A stretch of 64,000 nt of DNA from Wickerhamiella versatilis (GCA_030867685.1 JAQOWU010000003.1:992001-1056000), one strand, 5' to 3'. Numbered from the stretch's first letter, positions 1 to 10,684 are shown. Numbers and translations are program-made. Notes: a model not told the origin generated them from the sequence alone.

Positions 1-563
1 CTGTAGCCCGCTACAACCATTGGAGAGCTCGTAGAACATAATAAACCCTTCAATTTTTCGCCAGCCTGGTCCAAAGCAACTTCTTGACGTAGCATGGGGA
101 AACTGACAAAAAGGTCAATTAAACGATCAACAACCCGATTAAGACTAGGAACTGACATCGAAGAATCGACAGAATCAAAAAGCCTCGAAAACTGCCGTGA
201 TGCATTCTCTAGAGAAACCTCAAGAGGTTGGCCATTCTCCGAAGTTGCAACGTTGAGCGGGCTCTCATCTGCCTCGGTTGATACTGAGGCAAACATGGTT
301 GAAGGGGAGCCATCAGCATACTCTTCAGGAGTCCAACCCATTGCCCTAAGCTGACGCCGGATTTCGCTTATCCTTACGCTTGCTGTATCAACTTGAGCCT
401 GAACACGTCGTTTGTGGGTCATATCCTGACGACGCCTTGAATTTAGCTCGATATCCTGAAGCATATCTTCAGCTGCATTTCGAATTTGTTCTTCAAGCCT
501 TAACTTGGCGTGGAGCTCCTCTGCCAGGTCCTTTGGAGGCTTTCCTGTGGCAGAAGAGTCCAT
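1..563 (-). CDS. AVO3: TORC2 subunit Rictor (Avo3/Tsc11), 5' part; gene runs off the left edge of the window
   Basis: Not in the ORF track. My translation from ATG at 563 is open to the window edge (MDSSATGKPPKDLAEELHAKLRLEEQIRNAAEDML...RLIDLFVSFPMLRQEV...LLCSTSSPMVVAGY). An HR1-like coiled coil is followed by the fungal Rictor N-terminal pattern L.DLF...P.L and VVAGY(R). Confidence 0.8.
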   Translation of the reverse strand, partial: MDSSATGKPPKDLAEELHAKLRLEEQIRNAAEDMLQDIELNSRRRQDMTHKRRVQAQVDTASVRISEIRRQLRAMGWTPEEYADGSPSTMFASVSTEADESPLNVATSENGQPLEVSLENASRQFSRLFDSVDSSMSVPSLNRVVDRLIDLFVSFPMLRQEVALDQAGEKLKGLLCSTSSPMVVAGY

Positions 564-783
564 CTGTCATTTGTCACCAAGACAGCAGGAAGCTTCTGGT
601 CTTTATGAAGCAGCCACCACGGTAAGCCAGAAAATAATATCAGGCTAGAAAGTTTAGCTATATCTATACTATCATCAAAATAACACAATGTTATGGACTG
701 AACTTCTTATATGCCGTCTACCACCAAGATAGCCCCCCTGCCCTTTGCACCTTATATAATACGGCAGGAATAAGCACGGCTGA

Positions 784-1185
784 ATGGAAGACAAAGCTGA
801 GCTACAGCAGCAATTTCATCAAGTCAGTGCTGTTCCACCGCTTGGGAATGTAAGCGGAATTCCCTCTCAACCTCCGTCTCTTCCAAAACGGGAGGAAACA
901 GAAACAGATGGTACGCGCACAAGACAGAAATTATGGAAAAAGAAAGTGCAGAAGCTTGAAGCCAAACTCCAATCTCTTCGAACGACAGGTGTAGAGCTAC
1001 ATAATGAAAACTATCGTGCCGTAACGAAGCTTCAGCTAATATCTGTCGAGAATGAGCGGCTCCTTGACTTGTTAGCCGATGTCGGGGGCCTTTCCGAAGC
1101 GCAGCCTGCAGCAAAGCAACTTCTAACAGCCGAGCAAGCCGAATCGTTTGACATAATGCTTGCTGCTGCATTGGAATCAGTATAA
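784..1185 (+). CDS. Small coiled-coil protein, possibly INO80 subunit Iec3-like
   Basis: ATG-initiated 133 aa ORF. A basic segment and coiled coil (WKKKVQKLEAKL...ENERLLDLL) resemble the IEC3/INO80E N-terminal domain. Confidence 0.5.
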   Translation: MEDKAELQQQFHQVSAVPPLGNVSGIPSQPPSLPKREETETDGTRTRQKLWKKKVQKLEAKLQSLRTTGVELHNENYRAVTKLQLISVENERLLDLLADVGGLSEAQPAAKQLLTAEQAESFDIMLAAALESV

Positions 1186-1317
1186 TGGTTCCCAAGGTAG
1201 GAGGACGCCCTTGATGTGACCATACGTAGCGATATAGGTTATTGAATGCCCTTTAAAATGAACCAATATATGTCTTTAAATATCATGAAGGATTTGCTTT
1301 TTTAATATATTTATAGC

Positions 1318-2793
1318 TTATAGCTTATTACCAAGATTCACCTGAATGGATTTCGGATGCAAATATGCATCAAGACCGTAAGAACCAAGCTCTGATCCGA
1401 TACCAGACATCTTGAATCCGCCAAATGGCAAGTGATAATCTTGATCGTTTGAAGAGTTGATCCAAACATACCCAGTGTCTATGGCGTTTGCGGCAAGATG
1501 CGCTTTCGTGATATCTTGAGTGAAAACTGCACCACCCAAACCATACTCAGAGTCGTTTGCCAAGTCTATACCCTCGTCATATGTGTCAAACGGCGTCACT
1601 GTGACTACAGGGCCAAAAATTTCCTCTCGGAAAACGCGGTCCGTGGCCTTCACATCAGCTAACACTGTGGGTTCTACGAAGTAGCCCTTCTTACCCCATC
1701 GCTTACCACCGGCTATCACACGAGCTTTCTGGGATTTCCCTATGTCAATGTAACTAAGGATACGGTCAAACTGAGCCTTCGAAATCTGAGGACCATGCGT
1801 TACATCCGACTTCAGAGCATCACCAGCTATAGTATTCTTTTCACATACTCTGGCCAAAGCCTTGAGGAAATCCTCGTATATACCCTTTTGCACAATAAGA
1901 CGTGAAGTTGCGCAGCAAACCTGACCGGCGTTGAACATAATACCAAAATAAGCCCATTCTGCAGCTTGTTCGAGATCAGCATCATCGAAGACCACCATTG
2001 GTGACTTACCACCGCATTCTAAAGTCACGTTTTTCAAATTGGACTCGGCAGCTCCCCGCATGATTCTCTTGCCAACGGCAGTGCTACCTGTAAATGCGAT
2101 CTTGCTGATCTTCATGCTACGAGCCATGGCCTCACCAGCCTCCGCACCATATCCACTGATGATATTTACCACACCTGGTGGGAATACCTTAGCCACAAGT
2201 TTGCAAAAGTAGAGAGCTGATAATGGGGTGTTCTCAGCACTCTTCAAAACGACACAGTTGCCTGCGGCCAAGGCTGGGGCGAGCTTCCATGACGCCATGG
2301 CAAGTGGATAGTTCCATGGGATAATCTGACCGACAACACCATACGGCTGATGTCTCACATAACTCAGTAACTTTGGATCATCCATTACCACTTGGCCATG
2401 AACTTTGTCGGCGAAGCCGGCATAATAGTTGAAAACATCCGCACAATGCTCAATATCTCCCATGGCATTTGTATCGCGAGGCTTTCCACTATCTGCTGCT
2501 TCGATGGTCGCAATCAGCTCCTTATCTTCCAACGTGGCGTCAGCAAGCTTGCGGAGAAGTTGTCCCCGCTCCACTCCAGTAACATTCCGCCACGACTTAA
2601 AGGCTTGAGCCGCAGCATCAACCGCCCGATCCACATCCGCAGCCGACGCGGCCTGAACAGAAGTGATAAGCTCCTCAGTGGAAGGATTTAGAACATCAAT
2701 AGTCTTGCCAGACGAGGCATCCACAAACTCATTGTTTATGAACAGCTGTGTAGGCTGATCATAGGTTGTAGTTCCGATAGTTACTTTCACCAT
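1318..2793 (-). CDS. NAD(P)+-dependent aldehyde dehydrogenase (ALDH1/2 family)
   Basis: Motifs IIPWNYP, FTGSTAVG, LECGGKSP, GQVCC and EEIFGPV. First ATG is at 2793 (MVKVTIG). Confidence 0.95.
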   Translation of the reverse strand: MVKVTIGTTTYDQPTQLFINNEFVDASSGKTIDVLNPSTEELITSVQAASAADVDRAVDAAAQAFKSWRNVTGVERGQLLRKLADATLEDKELIATIEAADSGKPRDTNAMGDIEHCADVFNYYAGFADKVHGQVVMDDPKLLSYVRHQPYGVVGQIIPWNYPLAMASWKLAPALAAGNCVVLKSAENTPLSALYFCKLVAKVFPPGVVNIISGYGAEAGEAMARSMKISKIAFTGSTAVGKRIMRGAAESNLKNVTLECGGKSPMVVFDDADLEQAAEWAYFGIMFNAGQVCCATSRLIVQKGIYEDFLKALARVCEKNTIAGDALKSDVTHGPQISKAQFDRILSYIDIGKSQKARVIAGGKRWGKKGYFVEPTVLADVKATDRVFREEIFGPVVTVTPFDTYDEGIDLANDSEYGLGGAVFTQDITKAHLAANAIDTGYVWINSSNDQDYHLPFGGFKMSGIGSELGSYGLDAYLHPKSIQVNLGNKL

Positions 2794-3048
2794 GCTTATT
2801 ATAATACTGCGACTGGACAGAACTATATACGCAGTGAGTGGGCTAGGGCACCTTATCACAGAGCAAATTGATCCGTCAGGTGCAATAATTATATCTTTGT
2901 AGAAACAATGGTACTAGAATATTTCTAACAATGCCAGGCACATAATAAGCTTTTTTGCTCCTCATACCCCCTGTTATGTGACTATTCCGAGCCTCGCGGC
3001 TAATTTTACCTTTCTTGGCGAAAATCAAAACCTCACCCTTACCTCAGA

Positions 3049-3058
3049 TAGCCGCCGA
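3049..3058. promoter_or_regulatory. URS1 (Ume6-type) element TAGCCGCCGA
   Basis: Exact match to the S. cerevisiae URS1 consensus, about 255 bp upstream of the ALD start in a 1.2 kb divergent intergenic region. Confidence 0.55.
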
Positions 3059-3980
3059 CTCCACCTCCACACATTCGAATCTTTTTTTTCAATGCCTCAA
3101 TATCCTCAAATTTAGGGATAGAAAACGCTCCCTGCTTATATATTTCCTAGAAGCTGCGATGCTTTTCATGCCAGAACGCTGTATTCCAAGACACGTAATA
3201 TAATATACTCCTAGAGCTCAAATCTAAGGATTATAAACAGTAGTACAGAAACTCCATTTCATTTTCGGCTTCACTCGCTCTATTATTACCTGGAGCAATT
3301 CATAACTTTCCACACATCTTCTAATCTTGGGAGCGATAACTTACATGTCGGTTGTTGTTACTAATGGCTGTAAGATCATCTCTGCACTTATGTTAAAAAG
3401 AAATAATAAATCATGAAAATTCAATAGGATTGAAAAAGAGGAATTTCATAGCACATCGATCCCTGCTCATCTAGTCAGATGCATAAACTGTATTTCGCGC
3501 AAGTACATTTGTGTCCCATTTGCCACGAGTTACTGGCGCCTAATGAATCTCATAAGATAATATAGCCTTAGAAATGTGTGCTTTTAATTATTCTCTATAC
3601 TCTTGTCATATTGGTCAAATCACTGTACGTAGCGGGTATTCCCTTCTGAGCAACTGGACCAGAAATGGAACTAGGTTCGTATATAACTTGCACTCCAAAC
3701 TTCATTAGTTTAGCCATATCCATGCTACACCAAAAGATCCGATGCAAAGTGTCATAGTGGATGTATCCAGAGAATAGGTCGAATTTACGTGGCCCAACTC
3801 AGAATAAGCGAGAACCGCCGTAAAAACCATTTCACTACATTATTCACATTCTATTTACTTCAAGCTATCATGTCTTCTTCTCTCTGTCTTCCTCCACGTG
3901 AAGTAAATATTCAGGACTTTTTTATTTACATAACGTATCCAAAATTTCAACGCTGACGAAGTCGTCCGGAACGGGTTAAC

Positions 3981-5066
3981 ATGCTAAAAAGCATAGCCAA
4001 ACGGCGGTTTTATACGGTTCTTGCAATTGAATCCTCGTGTGATGATACTTGCGTGGCTTTGATTGACCGAATAACCGGCAAAAAGCCTGTTCTGCGTGAC
4101 CACATCAAAAGTACTCTTGACACTGCTAGCCAAGGCGGTATTATACCTATTGATGCACTGGCACATCATCTGCAACAGTTAGGTCCCGTTGTCAACCAAC
4201 TACTTGATAGACAAAGTCGTCCCAGCATTGATCTTGTATGTGCTACCCAGGGGCCTGGTATGTTTTCGAGTCTTGCAGCTGGTCTCCAGGTCGGCAAGGG
4301 TATAGCAATAGGCTTAAACGTCCCTTTTATCCCCGTTCATCATATGCTAGCACATTTGTTGACACCTCGATTTTTCACCAACGGAAAAAATCCTGAATTC
4401 CCTTTTGCTAGCCTACTGGTCAGTGGAGGACACACCATGTTAGTGGCATCAGAATCACTAGACAAACATTATGTACTGGCTGATACTATTGATATTGCTG
4501 TTGGCAATGGTCTAGATAAATGCGCCAGGCATTTGGGACTGAGTGGAAACATGCTTGGAAGAGAACTCGACGTATTTACTTCAGAAACACCCGTCGAATT
4601 TCCAAATTGCGAATTCCCTTTACCACTGGAAAAAAAGCACAATCGTACCTCTTCGCTACCTGCGTTTAGCTTTGCACATTATGCATCGCTTATGCCGAGA
4701 TTAGGATTGGGCTCCTTACCGGAACTTTCAGCACCGTTGCGTCGTGGAATTGGAATCAAATTACAAGATTCAATGTTCACTCATATTATTCGAAAGCTTT
4801 CACTAGCTCTGGATAATTGCGACCTCCCACTAACGACGATGGTGTGTGCAGGAGGGGTGAGTGCTAATTCACGTCTCAGGAAGCAGTTGATTGAGTTTGG
4901 ATCATCGAAAGGACTTGATATAATGTTTCCTGATCTAAAATGGTGCACTGATAATGCATTAATGATTGGTTGGGCAGGAATTGAAACATTCGAAGCAGGA
5001 TGGGCTCCCAATATAGAGGCAACCCCAAAAGCAAAATGGTCTCTGGCTGACATTAACCAGCGTTGA
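3981..5066 (+). CDS. QRI7: Mitochondrial tRNA N6-threonylcarbamoyltransferase
   Basis: Short basic presequence, then VLAIESSCDDT, HHMLAH, LLVSGGHT, AGGVSAN and CTDNALMIGWAG. Confidence 0.93.
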   Translation: MLKSIAKRRFYTVLAIESSCDDTCVALIDRITGKKPVLRDHIKSTLDTASQGGIIPIDALAHHLQQLGPVVNQLLDRQSRPSIDLVCATQGPGMFSSLAAGLQVGKGIAIGLNVPFIPVHHMLAHLLTPRFFTNGKNPEFPFASLLVSGGHTMLVASESLDKHYVLADTIDIAVGNGLDKCARHLGLSGNMLGRELDVFTSETPVEFPNCEFPLPLEKKHNRTSSLPAFSFAHYASLMPRLGLGSLPELSAPLRRGIGIKLQDSMFTHIIRKLSLALDNCDLPLTTMVCAGGVSANSRLRKQLIEFGSSKGLDIMFPDLKWCTDNALMIGWAGIETFEAGWAPNIEATPKAKWSLADINQR

Positions 5067-5285
5067 TACTGCTATGATCCATATAGATGGCATTCATGAC
5101 TTGTAATATAATTACTTTTGACCAATAGCATATTATCCACAATGAATTTTGCATGCGAGCAAACAAAAAAGTAAGCTGCTTACGCCTAGTTGCATTTAAT
5201 AAAGATACAAGATTTAATTTAGCACAGATATATATCAACTATCCTGCACGATATGTGCGGGTCAGAGGTAAGGATTCCTTGACTA

Positions 5286-5834
5286 ATGAAAAGGCAGGCG
5301 TTCTCTGCCAACACAGGAACAGTTGAGGTAGATACTAGCAAACGTACAAGACAGTTCGAGCCTCCTATACGTGTTGGTCCATTACTTGTGAGTCCAACTG
5401 GTCAGTTACAAAATGCTTTAACACGCCCATCGGCATCGAACATGCCTGGAGTGACCAGACTGCTGCCAGGACCAGTGCCTGTGCGAGTGTACTTTAGGGA
5501 CGGTCTTGTGACGGTTTCAGATCTAACCCGGGTATTAGCAGCTGTTGAGCGGCGGGCCATTTTTCTATTTGAAACCGAGGCTGAGCGTGTACCTGCCCCA
5601 CTTATGCAGCTCCCTGAGATTCAAGAGTACGGTCTTGTAGTTTCTCCAGTTGAACCCTCTAGCTTACCCGGAATAGAGGATCCTTCTGGTGTCCTCTCCC
5701 GAGAATGCAGGCTTATTGCAGCCCTCGGCTCATGTATTGTGTACGTTCGTGATGGCGAACTTCAGTCGACTATGTTGTTGCGGCGACCCCTTGATGAAAT
5801 TATACAGGCAGTACAGCATTGGGTCAGCGTTTAA
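5286..5834 (+). CDS. Hypothetical protein; C-terminal half weakly thioredoxin/peroxiredoxin-like
   Basis: ATG-initiated 182 aa ORF filling the gap between QRI7 and PEX2. LPGIEDPSGVLSREC...RPLDEIIQAVQ echoes the C-terminal pattern of AhpC/TSA proteins. Confidence 0.55.
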   Translation: MKRQAFSANTGTVEVDTSKRTRQFEPPIRVGPLLVSPTGQLQNALTRPSASNMPGVTRLLPGPVPVRVYFRDGLVTVSDLTRVLAAVERRAIFLFETEAERVPAPLMQLPEIQEYGLVVSPVEPSSLPGIEDPSGVLSRECRLIAALGSCIVYVRDGELQSTMLLRRPLDEIIQAVQHWVSV

Positions 5835-5897
5835 CATAGGACTGACAAAAATAGTAATGAAAACTAATGCGAGATCTAGAAATTAAGGACATTCCAA

Positions 5898-6746
5898 TTA
5901 AAAAGTCTTCAAAGTTCTTATTATTCGTCGGCAGCGCAGACAATTCCATTTGCCCTGTGCTTCACTTAACTTTATACGAAGACAAACGTAACAATACATG
6001 TGTCCGCATTCACCAAACGAGGGGACAGTTAGTAGCTCGTCACAAATGGCACATTGTCTGTCCGGTAAAGTAGACATATTCTCCCTACTGGCATCCTGAG
6101 AGGGCCTAAACCATGAAACGAGAGATCGCTGGACTTTATTGACGTCCACAAATGGCATAATAAATAGTAGAAACTCCGTAAGCGCATTCCATACTAATTG
6201 CCGATTCTGAAATTCATAATTTACAAGACGAGAAGTTTTTCGTGAGACTGGTGACCATTTCACCCGCAAGAGGCGCAGTATCAGGGTGGAATACTGCCCA
6301 TTATATAGGAAAACCAAGAAGTTAAAAAGTGACATGGCCGATGAGATGAATTCTAGTCGGTCGGCAATGGTTCGCACCCTTATCACGAGAGAAATTTCAC
6401 CAGTATCATATGCAGCAGCCGTAAGGTAGTCTGATAACTGTGTCCATAAGTAGTTACCGCCAATAACAATAACAGCGTAGGCGATTTTCTTAGACCGTGA
6501 CATTCCACGGCCAGTTTTAGAGTCCACAAGCTGCAGTCCTTGGAGTCTCCCACCATAAGTCGATGAACGATCCCAAATTGTAACTTTGAAAAATGCAAGT
6601 TTCAGTAAAGCAAGTAATTCTGCCGCATAGCGATCTGGCAAATCGGCACTCCAATGTCTCAGCCCATCCCAAAGTAAGCTTTTGACCTGATCGAGAAGTT
6701 CATTATCAAGCTGGCTCGCATCAAGCTGTCCAACCCGAGGATTCAT
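5898..6746 (-). CDS. PEX2: Peroxisomal RING-finger peroxin Pex2
   Basis: RVGQLDASQLDNEL, STYGGRLQGL, YEFQNRQLVWNALTEF and a C-terminal C3HC4 RING. Confidence 0.93.
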   Translation of the reverse strand: MNPRVGQLDASQLDNELLDQVKSLLWDGLRHWSADLPDRYAAELLALLKLAFFKVTIWDRSSTYGGRLQGLQLVDSKTGRGMSRSKKIAYAVIVIGGNYLWTQLSDYLTAAAYDTGEISLVIRVRTIADRLEFISSAMSLFNFLVFLYNGQYSTLILRLLRVKWSPVSRKTSRLVNYEFQNRQLVWNALTEFLLFIMPFVDVNKVQRSLVSWFRPSQDASRENMSTLPDRQCAICDELLTVPSFGECGHMYCYVCLRIKLSEAQGKWNCLRCRRIIRTLKTF

Positions 6747-7027
6747 ACGGCAAATTGATCTGCCTTATCCAACTTACGTTCCGCTTCCAGCTCCTCACAA
6801 TCCGTATTGGTAATCAAAAAGAAGCTCTACCTAGGCAAAAAAAATACAAGGAAAGTCAATTAAGCTTTGCTTATAGTCTTAACTCCACTGACAAATGGCT
6901 AAATTGATTTTTGACGGGGAGTAATTAGTTTAAAGTACGCTCGGTATATCTGCAGGTCGATCCACACCTCGCCTAAATTGGCCTGCCATACTGACCTAAT
7001 CACCTGAACAGAGAGAGAGACGATGTT

Positions 7028-8314
7028 ATGCGCAGACTAGCTGCTGCGGCCAGACAGTATGCGTCATATCATTCTCCACGGGACTCTCTCATAGAAAAGC
7101 TAATCCAAGAATCTCGGCTGGTAGTTAACGAAAAAGACCAGCATCATCTCATAGAGAAAACCGTCGACGCACACCTCTGGGCACTCGCTGCGAAGTTTTG
7201 TAGAAATTTTTGGACTTCTGTACCATCTCATACTCTTCTGAAACAGGTTGTGAGTGGTTTGACGCTTTATGATCCACGTCTAACGCCTTTACACATGCGA
7301 ACAATTGGTCTTCTATATGAGCGTTATCCGGATCAGCTCTCGTTAGATTCTAATGATAAGGCAAGACTTATCGAAAGTGCTATGAATTATGCATCAAGTC
7401 CAGATGCCGTTGCCGGTTCAGAAATTGTCGAGAGGGCATTTCGTTTGTCGGTAACTGCACCTGGTGGGCCTATTCCTATTTGGACCTTACACTCACTTTT
7501 GCAACAGTGCACAAAGCTGTGGTTATTTAATTGTATTGGGAGCGTATGGGGCTATTTGAGGGCTGAGTGGCCAACGCAATGTGTGGAATATACACCACTC
7601 ATAACCAAGTTAATGATAGCCTGCACACAGACTCGTCGTCAACGGGCCATAGCAAAGGAAATCGCATTGACACTTATGGATAGGGTAAGTTCGGACCCTA
7701 ATGTTGCGCTGGCCGTTGCTAAGGTTGCACTAAAACTCAGGAACACAACATTGTTCTCCGATTTGAGAAATCGTGTCAAGGATCCCACAAGACCCGTTCT
7801 CGGGATAATGCTACTGTGGTATCTGGATCATGGCGATGCACAGAACATGCGACGTACTTTGGACAAAATTGGGAGTCTGACGTCCAGAGAAGCAGCAGCA
7901 GTCGTGAGGATTCTTGCTTCCAAAGATCTTGAGCATGCAGAGGAATTTCTGCAGACAACACAGATATCCTCCCCTGATCTAGGTAAGGCTTATTTTGAAC
8001 TTTTGAATGCTGCAATTGACCAAGCAGATGCAAAGCGTGTTGGCATTTATCGTGAGAAATGCAAAAAAAATGGTGCAACATTAAGTGTTTTGCTCAAATG
8101 GGAGCTCCAGCAGCATGGCTTCGAAGCAGCCCGTGAGTTATATCAGCGTTGGAAGCATCCAATCTCGTCAAAATCACATGCGGTATGTCTAAGAATGCTT
8201 TCGCAGGCCACACAAAAAGAGTCAGAACAGGAGTGGGTATTGAGCGAGGCGTCACTTGTTGGAGTGCCCACACGACCATTGGAAAACGTCATGAGCTCCT
8301 ATCACAAAATTTAG
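7028..8314 (+). CDS. Probable mitochondrial helical-repeat (PPR-like) protein
   Basis: 428 aa ORF with an Arg/Ala-rich presequence-like start (MRRLAAAARQYAS) and Leu-rich helical composition. Family not confidently recognised. Confidence 0.55.
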   Translation: MRRLAAAARQYASYHSPRDSLIEKLIQESRLVVNEKDQHHLIEKTVDAHLWALAAKFCRNFWTSVPSHTLLKQVVSGLTLYDPRLTPLHMRTIGLLYERYPDQLSLDSNDKARLIESAMNYASSPDAVAGSEIVERAFRLSVTAPGGPIPIWTLHSLLQQCTKLWLFNCIGSVWGYLRAEWPTQCVEYTPLITKLMIACTQTRRQRAIAKEIALTLMDRVSSDPNVALAVAKVALKLRNTTLFSDLRNRVKDPTRPVLGIMLLWYLDHGDAQNMRRTLDKIGSLTSREAAAVVRILASKDLEHAEEFLQTTQISSPDLGKAYFELLNAAIDQADAKRVGIYREKCKKNGATLSVLLKWELQQHGFEAARELYQRWKHPISSKSHAVCLRMLSQATQKESEQEWVLSEASLVGVPTRPLENVMSSYHKI

Positions 8315-8488
8315 TTGTAATATGAATGGTAACTCTCTATCAGCGAAATGCTAACTCTTGTTCTCGATCTAAAAAAAAATAGAAGTACTAAAATTTCTTC
8401 TTCTTTTTTCTTTCACGAATAAACAGAACCTTTGTTTAAGGTCTCTTTAGTGCTCTAAATAGTATATATGTACATGAAGACTTTAAAG

Positions 8489-8806
8489 CTACTCCTGGAC
8501 TTTAGCAAGAATGTCCGAGTCACGGAACAAAACAAAGTCTTGGTCTCCGACCTTGATAGTAGCGCCGCCATACGGTGGGATCAATACACGGTCACCGGAC
8601 TTAACGGTTGGTGGCAGAATCTTACCCTCAGGATTAGTCGCACCGGGTCCCACAGCAATAACATCGGCCTCGCTCAATTTTTCCACATTTTTTTCAGGGA
8701 TATAGAGACCTGAGGCAGTTTTGGTCTGAGCCTTGATGCGCTGAACAAGCACACGGTCCAGAAGAGGGAAAATATTCTTCACGTTCTTCACACTGGTTGC
8801 AGACAT
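8489..8806 (-). CDS. HSP10: Mitochondrial co-chaperonin Hsp10
   Basis: PLLDRVLVQR, KTASGLYIPE, VIAVGPG and FRDSDILAK. ATG at 8806. Confidence 0.96.
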   Translation of the reverse strand: MSATSVKNVKNIFPLLDRVLVQRIKAQTKTASGLYIPEKNVEKLSEADVIAVGPGATNPEGKILPPTVKSGDRVLIPPYGGATIKVGDQDFVLFRDSDILAKVQE

Positions 8807-8885
8807 AATATACAAGTTCCGTCACGATCCGGGGAGCTTATATACGCTTACTTAACAATCCCACTATGGGCAAGGGCAGTATTAG

Positions 8886-8899
8886 CGAATCTTCCAGAG
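8886..8899. promoter_or_regulatory. Heat-shock-element-like site (GAAtcTTCcaGAG)
   Basis: Two perfect and one imperfect inverted nGAAn units about 80 bp upstream of HSP10. Confidence 0.45.
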
Positions 8900-9061
8900 C
8901 CTTGTCCTAAAGGACGTTAACGGCACTGTTCACGTCACCCTAACGTTGGGTAACCTAAAACATTCTTTTTTAGCATTTATGATGAATTGTTTAGTCGTAA
9001 GTCATGTTGGTTTTATCTGTGCTAGGTCATCCAGCGATATACTCTATACTGTCAAAGGCCC

Positions 9062-10684
9062 TTATTTTCTTTCTCGCAAGCTCTTAATGCGTTCAACAAT
9101 CTCCTCCGCAGTGTCGCTTGATTCCGCTTCAAGATCATAGCGCTTGGGCCCATTTGGCTTCATTACAAGAACTTTGAAATTTGTCGGAATTTTCAACGAT
9201 TGCTTTACCTTGAGTACCTGCTTGATATTGAATGAGGTCGTCTTAGGTACCTCATTGAGTCTTCTCTCGGAGCTTGGCATGATATGAATGTTCTCGCCAT
9301 CGATTGCGAGCTCACGCTCATTCCTTCCCCGGAACGACACCTGCTGCCGACGCCAAACACGGTACTTATAGAACCCTAGGGGCTGCATAGGCATGATGAC
9401 TTGAGAAGGCTTCTTTTTCTGAGCTGGGGTATTCCTCTCCTCTTCTATCTTTTTCTCTCTTGCAGGGCCCAGTGATCTTATCGGTGTGACTTCAAAGTCG
9501 GTGTCCGGTGGTTGTACAACTTCGGTCCCAGATATTACTTTCTTATCCGAATTGATGGCCCTCAAGACATACATATCAGTATCTAAGCTCTTTTCTCGGC
9601 AAAGCAGGAAAAAAACCTCGGACAGCCGCGTCCCGCGCGGTACAAAATTCTCCCAGTAGACACCACTGAACAACTCGTCATAGGGATAAGTAAATATACG
9701 TATGTGAACATTTTCTGAGATATAACTGAGTCTCTGTTGTCCTTTCTGATTACATTGCCTCATTGGAGTGATCTTACAGTTATCCTTATACTCAGACTCG
9801 CTGGCCTTCACGAGCGCATACTCCTCCGCTGAATAGGAGCCAATTGGTCTGGTCCGATCTAGAGGGGGGAAGTCCTCATCGGGTTCACCATCGTCTTCAG
9901 CCAAGTAAACATTCCATCGATTCACGTCATGTTCATCAACCGAGCCCTTGTTCTTCAAAATGCAATATCCAATGGCCATATGGACCGTGCAGTCAATATT
10001 TACATCGACTCTCGATGAAACTTTATTAGGAAAGTAGAATTTCAAATGTATTGGCTGATCAGTCCGCGAAGCCGCCTCTTTGAACTGCTCGAGTGAGTCA
10101 CCGTCGCCCCCATTGCCATTTAAGAGATCTGATAATTGCGACTTTTGTGGAATTTCGCGCGGAATAACCTTATGAAAGTTTTCCACGCTTGGAGAGCTTC
10201 TGATTGACACCTGCGAGCCCTGACGGCTTCGCATAATAAGAGGCGGTTTGCTCAGGCTCTCTAGACTTATTCTTTGCCTTAAATTCTTGCGAGATGCTCC
10301 TGCTGCGGAGACCGTGGTGGATAATTTGACTTCTTGTGCTGCTCTAACCATATCCTGCTCGAACTCGCTGTCCTCATCGAACGTGAGCAAAGTGCCTGTT
10401 GCACTGAAGCCACCTAAAGCCTGATCACTCCCACTAGCTAATGAGCCTAAAGAGAGTCTTGCGCTGGCTTGCGAGCTGATCGCTTCCTCGTCTTCATCGC
10501 TTAAGCCATCGCTTCCCCCCAGACTCGCCGCAGCCAATTCATCCTCCTGATTCGGAGTCTGACCAGAATATAGATCAGTTAATGAAGGATGAATTGCCCT
10601 CTCGCAGAATTCGTCTGAATGGCTCGACAAGTAGGCGCGCCTTATCATGTCAAGAACATGGTCCTGCGAGCATAAGAGGGACAT
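9062..10684 (-). CDS. AVO1: TORC2 subunit Sin1/Avo1
   Basis: N-terminal MSLL...IRRAYL, a CRIM domain (WNVYLAEDDGEPDEDFPPLDR) and a C-terminal PH domain (YRVWRRQ...ERELAIDGENIHIMP...KRYDLEA). Start inferred at ATG 10684. Confidence 0.92.
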   Translation of the reverse strand: MSLLCSQDHVLDMIRRAYLSSHSDEFCERAIHPSLTDLYSGQTPNQEDELAAASLGGSDGLSDEDEEAISSQASARLSLGSLASGSDQALGGFSATGTLLTFDEDSEFEQDMVRAAQEVKLSTTVSAAGASRKNLRQRISLESLSKPPLIMRSRQGSQVSIRSSPSVENFHKVIPREIPQKSQLSDLLNGNGGDGDSLEQFKEAASRTDQPIHLKFYFPNKVSSRVDVNIDCTVHMAIGYCILKNKGSVDEHDVNRWNVYLAEDDGEPDEDFPPLDRTRPIGSYSAEEYALVKASESEYKDNCKITPMRQCNQKGQQRLSYISENVHIRIFTYPYDELFSGVYWENFVPRGTRLSEVFFLLCREKSLDTDMYVLRAINSDKKVISGTEVVQPPDTDFEVTPIRSLGPAREKKIEEERNTPAQKKKPSQVIMPMQPLGFYKYRVWRRQQVSFRGRNERELAIDGENIHIMPSSERRLNEVPKTTSFNIKQVLKVKQSLKIPTNFKVLVMKPNGPKRYDLEAESSDTAEEIVERIKSLRERK

